From the NCBI GenBank assembly GCA_900088475.1, contig FLMG01001379.1:28182-92181 (forward strand): a DNA stretch of 64,000 nt. The letters run 5' to 3'. Below, in pieces: positions 10,301 to 22,544 of this stretch; within the stretch, counting starts at the first letter, position 1, and the number at the start of each line of letters is the position of its first letter. Both the position numbers and the translations under genes were made by a program. The notes under the pieces were generated by a model. That model made no database searches, was not told where the DNA came from, and saw only the letters and a program-made list of their open reading frames with translations. Source of the DNA: Hyphochytrium catenoides. Taxonomy: Eukaryota > Protista > Hyphochytriomycota.

Positions 10301-13300
10301 AGAGCCCGCTTGCATCCTTTTTAATAGCAAGAGCGATAGAAGAGGAGGTGTTCGGCACTGCTTTCCATTGGCAACTAGAAGTAGAGCTTCATGCCGAGAT
10401 GTTGGTTACCTACAATGTGGTACGAGGCAGGAAGAGACTTGTAGAGATGTCGGTCTCCTTTTTCTTCGTCCTATATAGGCTCCTTCGGCTCCCTTTTCCC
10501 TTCTTGTTTCAGGCCTGCCTAGGCTAATATGCATACGAGGAGTCAACGGATTCCGTAGATAGAACCAACACAGCCTGTCCTTCGACTGTTGCTAAGCTAA
10601 GCCTGGTTGGCGCCGTAGGACGGATTTCTTAAGAAGGTGTCCAGACCGAGTGATGTCATTTACATCTACAAAGGGTAAGTTGACCTGCTGAGGCGAGAGA
10701 ACGAAGGCAAAATGAGAGAGCAGCCGGTTCTGAGCAATGGCTGTCGACGGCCATATCCAGGACCAATGCTCGCACTCTTATACCCATATGATTGCCAGGG
10801 TTCAAGAAGTATTCATGCGAGAGCTGAAGGCAAAAAACCCCGAGCTGCTGCAAAAGATTCAAAACCAGCGCAACTTCATGGCCAGGATTCATGAGGCGTG
10901 GAACGAGGCTGATGAGGAGGGAGGGAGCGCCTCCCAGAAGACAACCTATCTGCAAAAGAGTCTGGAAGCAGGGTAAGGATTGGCTAGTAGATTGCCCTCT
11001 GAAGTAAAAGAAGGTGGTCATCTGGTAAAGTCCATCAATGACCGTAAGAGAAGACAGAGAGGACGGAGAAGAGCGAGGAGGAGTTAAGATAAATGGAAGT
11101 AGAGTAGTACGGGGTGAAGAAACACGTAGTCTCAGGAAGCGCAGGGTTGAAGACATTCAGAAGCAAGGCTAATAGCTTTTTTCTTACGCAAGCGGGAAGT
11201 ACGAAGACCTTGCACTTCTGTCACCTGGCACTACCCACCCACTTTACCCTCAAGTGATAGTCAAAGGACTAGATCCTCGTGGCTGCTTTTTTCTGAAGAG
11301 CAAGACACGACCCCTTTTGGTTGACTTTGTCATAGACAAGGAGGCTATGATCAAGCGTGAAGAGGAAAGGATAAGGACCAAGGAAATGGTGGGCTACCTC
11401 CTCTCGGTCTCCATGACAGACCGCTCCATACTGCAGTGTGTGATACCCCTGTCTCCTAAGCCCTATCACAGACTGCTCCTATTTATTGACTGTTGCCCTG
11501 GTAGATCTAGAGTTTAACTTAGAGCTCTCGACTTTGCAGGAAGAGTTCTACTCTGAAGACGATCAGGTACCCCAAGGAACTAAAAAGATTGCCAGCTACA
11601 TTCAAAATGGGACCCTTACGTCCTACACTTCGCTCATCATTTGGCTAATCCTTTCACCCATGCGCGCCTGTCTGTAGGTCAACGCTAAGAAGTACCGCAT
11701 CAAAATAAAGAACCTGAAAGCAGAGCAACTCCTGAACTTTGACTCCAGCAGCCTAAGTGACCCTTTCATCTGTGTCGAGTGTCTAGGCAGAATAAAGGCC
11801 ACAGAGTAAGACCTCTTGCGACACGGTCTTTCGCACGCTTAATATTCTTCTATAGACTTCCCTGAGCTTCAAGGCTTTCCTTTTTTCTTGGTTATCTCCT
11901 CTGAGCATACGTTGAGTAGGCTCTGACAGTTGTCTCTTACTTACGTATTAGGACTGTCATGGACTCTCTCTCTCCCCACTGGAAGGAAGAACTAGTTTTC
12001 ACCGTCGGGCTGCGTCCCGATGTCCTGCTCTTCTCCTTGTTTGATGATGATGACTTTGGCAGTGAGAAGAAGGGTGATCATAAACGAAAGAAAGACTTTC
12101 TTGGAGAGAATAGTGTTCTCATTGAGGATGGCTGGTGGTCTATGAGGTTAGTCCTTCCCTAGTTTGCCCCGTTCTCTTTGTGCTCAGATGTGTACGTGTT
12201 GCAAGGCATTTTCTGTGGGCTTGGCAATGCTACTTTGATCTCTGGAGCCGCTGTTCTTCATTAGTGACTCTTATCAAGTCTCTGGTCTTGCAGCAATGCG
12301 CTGATCTAAGCTTCTGACGTGAACAGTCCCGAAGACCAAGAACGCACAGAAAGGACCCTAGAGCTTGAATTGGAGAGAGTGAGGAGAGGAGGAGGTGGAA
12401 CGGAGAAAATTAAGAGTGGCAAAGTACACTTTAGTATAATCTGCGAGGAACTCGCGCCTCATTCCCCACAACCGCCATCCTCGTCTCTTCCGCCTGTTCC
12501 CGGTGCAGTCGCTCATAAGTTCACTCCCATCGCACCTAGTGCCCTGGAGAGCAACTACAGAGAAAGAGCGAGACAAGCAGTTGAAGGATTTCTCTCGTCA
12601 CACTCCTGCCGGCTAATTTACAAAGCAGGGGACAATCTTCGCCAAGACGTACTGGCGCTACAACTGATGGGACACTTTGATTTTGTTCTGAAGCAGAGGG
12701 GCTTTGACTCGAAGATCACAAAGTACGGTTGTCTACCACTAGAGCCCACCCGGGTAAGCTCTTGTCCTCTTTGTTTCTAAACTCTCTAGTGTTTTAGCTG
12801 AGCTATAGGTCCTGCCAATATTTGCCTACGGGGTGCTGCCTCTCCTGGTTTCATCGACATTTCCATTATTCTGTCTCCTATACCTTGCAGCAGCCGTTGC
12901 CGTGTCCGTCTTGTTGGTCATCTTACTCTCATTAAATACTAACCACTCCGCTTAACTGTATCGATTGCTGGGTGTCACATGTCTCGGATCTCCTCAGGGT
13001 TTCATTGAAGTTGTCGACGCTATCCCCATCAGCAGAGCCCTGAGTGATTATAGCTCGCTCTCCTCCTTCCTCAAGAGCAAAGCTGGCGATATAGTCATGC
13101 CCAATGGTCTCGTTTCTGAACCAGCTTTTCATTTGCATGCCTCGTCTCCCCTTCCAGCTTCGCCGTGAATACTCTCTCCACTGCGCTACGAACTTGATGT
13201 TAACACTTAGTGTATCTGGCCTTCTGTCTAGAAGAATATGCTGCCCCATTCAGCATTCTTCCATGGCCATTAATAGCGTTCGCCATTGCGATCTTTACCT

Positions 13301-14166
13301 CTCATTCTTCTCGTAGGCATTCAGAAGGATATCTACAGCAACTACGTGCATTCCCTTGCGTCTGCCTGTGTACTTTCCTTCGTGCTGGGGGTGGGAGATC
13401 GCCATCTGGACAACATCATGATAAGCCCTTGTGGGAAAGTGTTGCATATAGACTTTGGATTTCTCTTTGGGAATGATCCGAAACCATCTCCCCCTCCATT
13501 CCGTCTCACACCTGAGATGGTGGCCGTTCTGGGAGGTCCAAGAAGTAAGGTGAGAGTATAAAACGACGAGGTCACGAAAGTAGGACTTAGAGGAGAATAC
13601 GCTATGGTGCCAGATAGCGCAGGGCAACTAAGCGCTAGCAGACGCAAGGGGGGTGGGCCACTAAGCAAGCAGGGCCAGTGAACTGACAGTTTCCCGCTCC
13701 TGTGGGTTATCCTCTGCTGCCAGGAGTTCAAGTTCTTCATACGCCTTTGTCAAGACATCTACATCACCATACGCGGATCACCATCCCTCTATCTGATGAT
13801 GGTCAATCTTATGAGAGATGCAGGCATACCTGACCTACAAGAAAAGCCAGATAGAGTTCTTGCGGAGGTGAGTAAGTCTCTGACATGGCTCATGCCCAAT
13901 CCTCTCTATCTTTCGGTCCGTGTAGATGTAAGTAGCTCTCAGTTTTTGAATGTCTGCTCTCGAGCCGAAGGATAAGCGATGTATGAATCTATCATAACCG
14001 AGCTTCTCGCTTAATTCAGCTCCGCGCCAGATTGCTGCTTGGCAAGGACGATAAGAGGGCCCAAAAGTTTATGAAGCGGTTGGTACTGGAGAGTCAACAG
14101 CTCAGTACAGCTGTCCGGCTTAGCGTACAAGAGCTCCTTCACAAGTTTGCCGTCACTTTGTCATAA
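7326..14166 (+). CDS. Multi-exon fusion: Cys-rich/EGF ectodomain + class C (7tm_3)-like 7TM + partial PIK helical domain + Vps34-like PI3-kinase with inserted C2 (5' end unresolved)
   Basis: About 20 phase-consistent GT-AG exons. EGF: CACPLGINKVPCSGNGNCIEGVCQC. 7TM: ...CAAIWAVLDYSFVITYGTLLLK...KALLVLGTFIISFRSRRAPEPHGAESRAILFAIF...VLSSVGPAMR. PIK: MRAYAVRCLK/ELDSTDLEFLLPQLVQALRYE...LASFLIARA...FHWQLEVE. Kinase: FFLKSKTRP, IYKAGDNLRQD, LGVGDRHLDN, HIDFGFLFGNDPKP. Stop TAA at 14164-14166. Confidence 0.85.
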
Positions 14167-14333
14167 ATTTGTTCACACTGAACGGAAAGACGAGTAGGTG
14201 GCTACGGGGTGCCTTTAAAGTAACGAGCTTCTTGTCCAATTGGCAAAGGCGCCGCTTAGTTCTCTATGCATTTAGCAGGGCTGTAGAAAGGCAGTCGTGA
14301 AGGAAGTCTTCACAGATAACGTCCTTAAGATGT

Positions 14334-17300
14334 CTATAGCCACTGCATTGCTTTGAAGGAGTAGTGAGTACTAAAACAGAAAGACATCGCCAGGAGCCAC
14401 CAATACAGGTAGCCGTATCGCTCCCGTAGCTCCGGCATAATATCGAAGTTCATCCCATACACACCAGTCAAGAACTGCGCTGGCAAGAAAACAGCAAACA
14501 CAATGATTGCAATCTTCATCCTCTTCTCAATGCGTGCCTCCTATATTCAGATCAATGTGCAAAGCGGACAAGAGAGTGAGTTTGGTCACTGCATCTGATC
14601 GTCGCTAGTAAGATGCATTCACCCTACCTGCATCTTGTAGAAAGCATAGGTTAATTTACGGCATTGAGAGATAAAAGTGTCCACAAGTTCAACGGCCTGA
14701 GAGGAAAGCGATTAGTCAAGACCAAACCGCTTCCAAAAGAAACGCCGTCTGCACTGCAATTAGCAAGGACATCAGCAGCAGTGGAGGGTACAAAGGTGAA
14801 TCGACGGGAAAGCCTTGGAGTGAACAAAGGTGACGAAAACTAAGAGCCATAGGTTATTGGGTAAAGAACATCAAACAAGGATCGCCAAAAGTGCTGGTAG
14901 AGATAAGAGGCGCATACATCGCTGGCATCATCTCTCGTATCTCTTAAGTAGAAGACAGTGTTGGTATCTATGGCAGATGCTGCGATGAACTGATTGATGA
15001 CATCAAGGTAGGGAAAGAGAATGCGACGAAGCTTGGCCAGTTGACCGCTGTGACAGAAGATGCATTAGTGACACTTTCCATGTATTGTAGATGCCATCTG
15101 GCGCAGTAAGCATCTCCATTCCCACAATGACATTCTAGAGTAACCTTTGAGCGAGATTCGCTGCTTACCTAAGCCTATGTATTCGCGAAATCTGGAATTG
15201 GTGGCGTTCAATGTTCATCTCGTGCTCAAGTATCTCAAGCTGCGTCTGAAAGGCCTCGACAACTGCCTATCATAAGCAGGAAGGAAGAGCAGCGCTTAGT
15301 GAACTCTTTCGCAAGCGCTATGATGTGTTGAGAAGGTGGCCCAGCGAGGTGACCATGCAGATATTGAGAGGCTAGGTGACAGTAGGCTAATGTATAAGGA
15401 ATTTAGGAATTAGGCGCGCAAGGTGACAAATAGTCACCACACAGAGCCAAGACCGGCGACTTTTGGGAGAGCCTGGTGAGACTCAAGGAAGAGGGTTGCT
15501 AAGTTAGAATCAGGTCAGGAGACTCACCTTTGCCTCTCTAACCAGTTGATTTAGTATCTCATACGTTAGGAAGACTGCTCCTCCTGTCCTAAGCCGCGAA
15601 AGGCGATGGTTCATCTTCGCCACAATACCGCTCCACAAATGAGGAGGGCATTGGTCTAATATGGTCAACACTGTGCAGTCTTCGACTACCAGGATGTTGA
15701 CCTATGCCACAATGCTAGTTAATGCAGAGTATCCGAATGAAGGGCAATTTGATATCATTCACTCACGACCAGGAATCACGACGAAGGACCATAGGTTGAA
15801 AGCCATTCATTGCAATGAATATGAGGGTAACATGAAACGGCAAGACCATCACACTTTGAGGTTATCTATGGATGTAATCAGGAACAGTGACACGGACATC
15901 TAATAACTCAGTCACGAGGAGGGAAAGGGGAAGAAAGAAGGGGATGTGGTATCTTCATCTTAAAACCCACCTGACCAAGCTTCAATTGCGTAAGATCGTC
16001 CATTGCAGGAATTGAGGGGGCAATTGAGGAGAGACTGTTTCCCTCGCTGTTCATAGAAAGGCGCTCCTCCAACTCTTCTAAAGCCTGATCTTTACGTTTG
16101 AGCTCCCTTATCGTTAATGCCTCCTCCACCTCCTCACTTTCTCCAAGAAGATGCAGCTGTTCCTCGGGGCCTCCAACCGATCTCCTCGACGCTGAGCTGC
16201 AACAACACGTTAAGCTCTATTCAGCAGAGCTGATGAGAAGAAGGCACTACAAAGAAGGCTCTATTCTCCCACCGTAACCAAGCCTTGCTCTGTAAGCGCA
16301 TAAGACGGCGTATAGCGTCGTTCCACTGCCCCGACCGTCTACCTCCTTGGACCTTAGGACTGCCAGCTAAGGTTCCGTATCTAAGGAGGAATTGGTGAGT
16401 AACGGTATCAGACAGATATGGAGCCTGAAGCAAAAGGAAGCTTCGTCATTGCAAAGTTTATAGTTTGCCTCTACCTGGAAGTATGCCGATGAAGGGCTTG
16501 GGGAGACGAGATATTGTGAGGACTGCTGCCAGTGCTGGAGACTCCTAGTGCGGCGCCTCTCTTGTCCGGTCCGGAGATATTGTTGAATTTCGTGGTGGTC
16601 CAGCCGTACCATATTCTAGATGGTTTGGCCAGCAGGTTTCCCCCATCAATCTCATCATGATGGAAGGAGCCGTCATCTTCGTCTCCGTCTTCGACGTTCC
16701 CCTGCCCTAGTTGAACGACCGGTAGCACAATAAACAAATGATGCTCGTGCTGCTCAATCTTCGGTCGTTGACCTAGGTGAGGAAGCAACAGAAGTCAATA
16801 CGTATCGAAGATTACAAATAAGCACATAACGAGCACAAGAGCCTTCAGCTAACAGAGAAAGAGGGAGGAGGGGAAGACATTTTTTTGCGCAAGCAGACAG
16901 CTAGGTTCCTGATGGACGGTTATTAGTAACACTAACCAAAGTGAAGAATGTCTTCAACTGCCAGGGGATGCAGCCTGTGCTTCACTGCTAGCCGCTTAAG
17001 AGCCAACTCGTTAACTCCACGTAGATTGACCCACCGAACAGTTGCCCAGGGGGGTAGGTTTGAATAGGTAAACCCTTCGAAGTCCTTGACGTGAAACAGA
17101 GAGCGCACCCTAAAAGAAAATGTTAAATCGCTGTCAAGAGGAGAATGTTATCGAATAGGCCCTCAACGAAATGCAGAGGACAACCACTAGCAGGCAGCTA
17201 AAAAAAGCATTCAGGAGTGCGCATCTGTTCTACAACATACAGTCTAGCCACGTGAAAATGACCAATTCAGCTTACCTTGATGGAGAATAGTCATGGACAT

Positions 17301-19633
17301 CGAGTTCAACCGTGTCCTTTCTGAATGCTGAACCCTCAATAGATCTAACAGTGCTCGGGGAAAAGAGGTCTGCTAGCTTTATACGGAGTACCATAGATTC
17401 GAACTCTTCAAAGGTGACCCCGCCACTGTGGTCGCTATCCACCTATAGATGGGACCTTGAGCGGAGACTGGACTATCTATCCCTCTAATAGCGTTATTGT
17501 AGACCAAAAGAACGTTACTAGAGTAAGCAGAGGAACAAAAAAGAAGAGTCAAGATAAACCACGTCAGGGTGTTTTTAGGTACCCGTTTGAGCAAAGCCCT
17601 GAATGACGCTTGGTCCTCGCACCAGATGCCCAGTTGCTTGAGCCCCTCGTAGAAATCGTCGTAGGAGACCAATCCATCGGCTAATGCAGGGCACAACAGC
17701 CATGAATGGTAGGGGAAAGTTAGAAGACTACCAACCGGGCAGTGGAACGAAGCAAGTTTGTATGCTGGAACTTGAGGGGAGGCAAGACTTAACATTTTCA
17801 AGAATCTTACCGTTCAGATCAAGTTTGGAAAACAATCTCTGAAGTAGACTTCTGGTAGTGTCGAAGTAGCTGGAGGGAACAGATCAGCGAGGTGTCGTCA
17901 ATTCATATGCCAACAAATGCGTACACTACTGGCCACAGCATCTTATCAGCTTGTAACATTCATCTTGAGCTATTATAGAAGCGTGCGCCCTTTCCAGCAT
18001 GGAACTTACGGGTCTAGAAGTGAGAGGTCATCACTTATCTCTCGGTGTCTCTCTCCGTCGTCAAATGAGTGACGACGCCTGCTCAGTGGAGAAGCAATGA
18101 CATTAAAGCCCTGCAGATCCACATCGCGAGTTTTGATGGAAGGAAATGTCTTTGGGCGAAGTGGGGTGGATCCTAAAGCGAGGGAGATTGAATAAAGTCA
18201 GAGTTAGCCCGCATGCCAAGCCTAAAAAGCGCCGAGCCCAATCAGGGGCAGATGAAGACAAGGCATAGAGAGGGCTAAATGGAATATACAGAGGGAGAAG
18301 ATGGACGGAAGACACTCTCGTTCTCCTACCTCTTTCCTCCTTCCCAGAGTTTCGTTCATACTGAGCCAAAGTTTTCTTGGCCGATTCAAGAAAATAGGCT
18401 GTAGCGTTGTCAACATCCTGCGAACTCTTTCCTTCTTCATTCGTGGATGACTCGTCTGCAAAGAACGAGCTCTTTGATCTTTTCTCTCGATTAAGATCAA
18501 GATTCAAGCAGCTTAGATCGATTTTCTCCATCTTTCCCGAGCGCATCTTAGGTGTGCCATGGCCACGATTGCACAGGCTAGGAGCATACCTTTGTTCCTC
18601 TGGAGGCAAAACTGACTCCTGTTCAGAACGTGAGGTACTTTTATTGTCAGTGATGAATTCCAAGCACCCTAAAGAGGTAGCCAGCGGCGGAGAGCAAAAA
18701 GGCAGGATGAAGTACTAGTAATAACGGGACGAGCGACGGCAAGTAGAACCCAGCTAGTGGTATGGGTTTAGAAGTAATCCTAACTCGAGCTCTTACCTCC
18801 TCCTCCTGTCCCGGCTTTTGATTGCTTCCCCAGAGCCAGTTTGTCATGCGATCCCCGATTGACCCAGTGCGATAAAATGTGTAGGATTGTCTCTTGACTA
18901 GCAAAGGAGTGGTCTCGTACGAGTCTTTCGCCTGGATATGTTCAATTGCATCCTCTCCGTCCTTGGCGTCTGCTCTTGAGGCTCTTCTTCCAAAAGCCAG
19001 CTGCGTGACGGCTGGATTGCTAACAAAATCTCCATCGTTTTCTCCTTGTCTAAATTTATGCTCTGGCAGAACCGCAGTGGTGGTAATGTTCTGGTTGGCC
19101 TCTGGTCTTGAGCTCCGTCTGCCGAAAGGTAGCTGGGCAACCGCGGGGTTGATGGAGGTCTGTACATCTAGATCGCCTTGCTTGTCGGGACCAGTGACAA
19201 CGTGAGACGCTCCGTCACTATGCTGAGAGCCAACTTTAGCCTCGGGCCGGGACCTCCTCCTGGAGAAGGGAAGTTGAGCGACGGCTGGACTGATAGCCTT
19301 CTGACCGCTGCTCTCCCTCTGCCTCTCGGGTGGTGGCCCTACCGCAATAAGTCCACTTGGCTTGTGGTTACTTGTCTGCCCTGACTCTTCAGGGCGAGAT
19401 CTGGATCGTGTAAAAGGGATTTGCGCTACTGCTGGGCTTATGTTACGGGAGCGCTGCTCTCCAGAAAGACTATTACCTTCTTCAAAATTTCCTTCCAGGT
19501 CTTTTGAGCGGACATGCTTCTTGGCCTCAGCCGTCGGTGAGCTTGAGGAGGAACCAGGATGGGACCCTTGTCTGACGGGATCTGTGCTCAGTGGGAACTG
19601 GGGTGCTTCCCGAGATGAACTATTGCTTTCCAT
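14334..19633 (-). CDS. CorA/MIT-family Mg2+ transporter with long disordered N-terminus and an EF-hand pair (multi-exon)
   Basis: C-terminal FLPAQFLTGVYGMNFDIMPEL (GMN motif) plus a second TM. Spliced core WVNLRG...HRLHPLAVEDILHFGQRPKIEQHEHHLFIVLPVV. EF loops DLNADGLVSYDD and DSDHSGGVTFEE. The ATG at 19633 opens the first exon, which ends GQEEE|GTAAGA. Confidence 0.85.
18968..19441 (-). repeat. Four copies of an 18-aa motif in the CorA N-terminus
   Basis: ISPAVAQIPFTRSRSRPE, ISPAVAQLPFSRRRSRPE, INPAVAQLPFGRRSSRPE and SNPAVTQLAFGRRASRAD, with starts 49, 47 and 44 aa apart. Confidence 0.9.
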
Positions 19634-22544
19634 TGGGGCTCGTGCAGATCGAGCTTCTCCCTAGGCGATGTTCAGTGTCTCCATGCAATCTTCGCCATGG
19701 TGCCAATCACTTGAGCCCCACACTTCCACAAAGCGTTTCCCTTGACTCTACTGTTCGACTTGTACCTGATGTCGTCGCCCGCGTGAAGACTAGACAGCCC
19801 CTACTACCTATAGGGAACGAGTTCCATCTGAGACCGCGACTCAGAAGGTGAGGTCCTCAACCCGTGCGCCGCATGGTCAGCTTCTCTCTATGAACAACTC
19901 CTCTTACTATAAAGAACGACGTGCACCATATGAGCGAAGCAGCAGCAATGTTCTTCTGTCTATCATTTTATTGTTAAAGATCTGATCTGGTTAACACTGT
20001 GACGAAAAGAAGCGTTTTTAAGGTAACCTTATACATGGTTTACATAAGTAGTAAGGGTAAAGGCCTTTATTTTACTGTACGGGCGGCATTGCATGACCTG
20101 CTGACACGGACCAGATATCTTCGTATAGTTTCGGTCAGTGAAGCCGTGAAGCTGGCTGATCTTTTGACCATCATCAAGTTACAGAGGGAGCATACAGTCA
20201 AGGAGGACATAGAACAGCTAGAACAATCGTGCCATCTTTTTATAGGAGTTCATGAGAGGGAGGCGCACATCATCAGTCATATAGTGTGACATAGCTATTA
20301 TATGTCGGTACCGCTAATTATAATCTGTCGATATTATAGTATCACCTCACGCCACAATCTCACTTTCTAGCAGCAGCAAGCCTAGCAGTACAAGCCGTAA
20401 GGCCCCGCTTTAGCCTTGCAGTAGTAGGTTGAAGCACGTTACTACCTTATTATGACAGAGGACCTGAGATCAAGGTTTGGAAGGATAAATCACAATCTAC
20501 TTTCATAAATAACATCCGCGTCGCATTGACGATGCTTATCTTTATTTCTCATAATACTGATTATAAGGGCTGCTTACTAGCATTCAATGCATCTTCAGAC
20601 GATTGCAGATTCTCTTGTCCTTAATATTTTCCTCCTTCCTTCGTCTTCTTCAGATGAGCTGATTGGCGCGTATTCACCCATATACGATGAGTGCTGTTGT
20701 CTACGTCTCTTTTTCCTTTATTCAGCGCGGAGTGATATTGCCCCTCCTCCTGCTGCCTTGTTGAATCACTTCCTTCCTGACAAGAACCACCGTTGGTCCC
20801 CGAGTGCTCCCTCTTGTGTCAAATTATTTCTTTCTTTCTTTTTCCCGCATTTCTTCCTCTTCTTGCACCGTCTTTTCCCACTTCTTTTGGGTGGTGAAGG
20901 CCAGCAGTTGCTGTTGACGGTGGCGTAACTCACATAATTCCCCTCCTTCCATCAAGAAATCTTCCAGGAAGAGGGTTGGTTGAGATGAAGAGTCATAGAG
21001 CCGGCGGACATGATTCTCCTTGCTCTTGAAGAACTGCAAGATAACTACGGGCGTCTTTGAAAGCCATGGTCACGTGAGAAGCCACCTATAATTGTATCTA
21101 CCATAGCTCATGTTGCCTACAACAAACTAATTAAAAATCTACAGGCTAAGTTTGTTACGCATCGCCTCAGGGGCTTAGGGTTGATTCAAGAGCGGATCGG
21201 CCACTTTTCGTCACGAGACCTTTCAGTATTGAGACCGTCCATACTATCTAGTGATGACGCCTATTATAGTCTTCTTTCTGTCAACACGATGACAGAAGAG
21301 AAGCATCTCCTTGTTGTTGGGGCAGTATGCTTGCAGGTGCCGCAGTATATGTCGCAGCATCATGCGGTTCAACAGCTTCGATGATTTAGCCAGACTCGGA
21401 GAACACAGTCTTAGGTAAGACGTCGGGTAGGCGTGGTTCCTGAGCATTAGCAGCTTTTTGAGAGGGTCCACGACCCGATCGTACTCTCTGGCTATCGCTG
21501 TCATCTTATAGCAGGTACTGCTAGGCGTCTACAATAGGGACCGGTCCGCTCCTCTCTGATGTTCACACTCTCATCAAACAATATAAAAAATAGTAGTGAC
21601 CGCATACTCACAGACCTCAATCCTTCGGGATACACAAGTTGATGGGTTCGCGCCTTCCAGTCGTGATGATGGTGTATATTGTATCCCTGCTCACCTTATT
21701 CCATATAGAAAACTGATGACTGATGACGGCAAAGGGTTTGGGGTGACACTGTGGCCTCCTCTCTATCATCAACCGGTAAGGCCATCTGAATGATCTGCAG
21801 CACCATTTGACAATGTGGTCAGCTGTCAAAGATCTTGAGCTGGTTGGCACTTCCTTCCTTGGTCGGCATAATAGCCGGTCAAGACCCAAAACGAAAAAGA
21901 GCTTGTCCTCACTACCCTTGAAAGGAAGCAGAAGCCCGCCACCAGTGTCCATCCTCCATACAGTTCCTAGTGCGGTAGGTTCTTAGGAAGGGAAGGGTGG
22001 ACAGTGGGAGGAAAAACTGTGTTTCTGACCCCTGGATACAGGCTTGCTAACACTATACGAAAGGTAAGTGGTCTTATAACTGATCAGCTGTCCCGTGTAA
22101 GGAGGTAGGTGCGGGGGTTGACCGAAAGATGCGAATCATCATCCTTCCAATCCATCATCTTGCTGCCTGATGACACTTCATCACTCCGAGAGCTCATGCT
22201 ACTCTCCTCTCCCAACAGATAGAGCTAGCAAGGAGGAGATGACCCCTAGCAGAGAATGGTAAAGTCCATGAAGGCAAGGAAGAGGCGTAGACTTTGCGCT
22301 GCCATCATCCTTTCTACATCGACGATCAAGGATGAGCTGACCGCAGCATAGAACCACATTGTCCGAGCATGAAGCGAAAGAGATTGTTATCATAGATAGA
22401 TACGGAGCCGGAGACAGAAGTCGACCTTTGATCGATTCACAGACCGCGGTCTCTTTTGCCAAAGAACAAAGGGGCAGGAGAGTGACTAACAAAGGAACTG
22501 GAGCTGTTCACAGCTTGGATTTGTAACTTCGCAAGACTCGAGCC

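Noticed and set aside
10219-14166. Calling the kinase the housekeeping VPS34 and the 7TM a separate gene
   Set aside because: There is no N-terminal C2, the helical domain starts mid-way right after TM7, and the exons join in frame without a stop.
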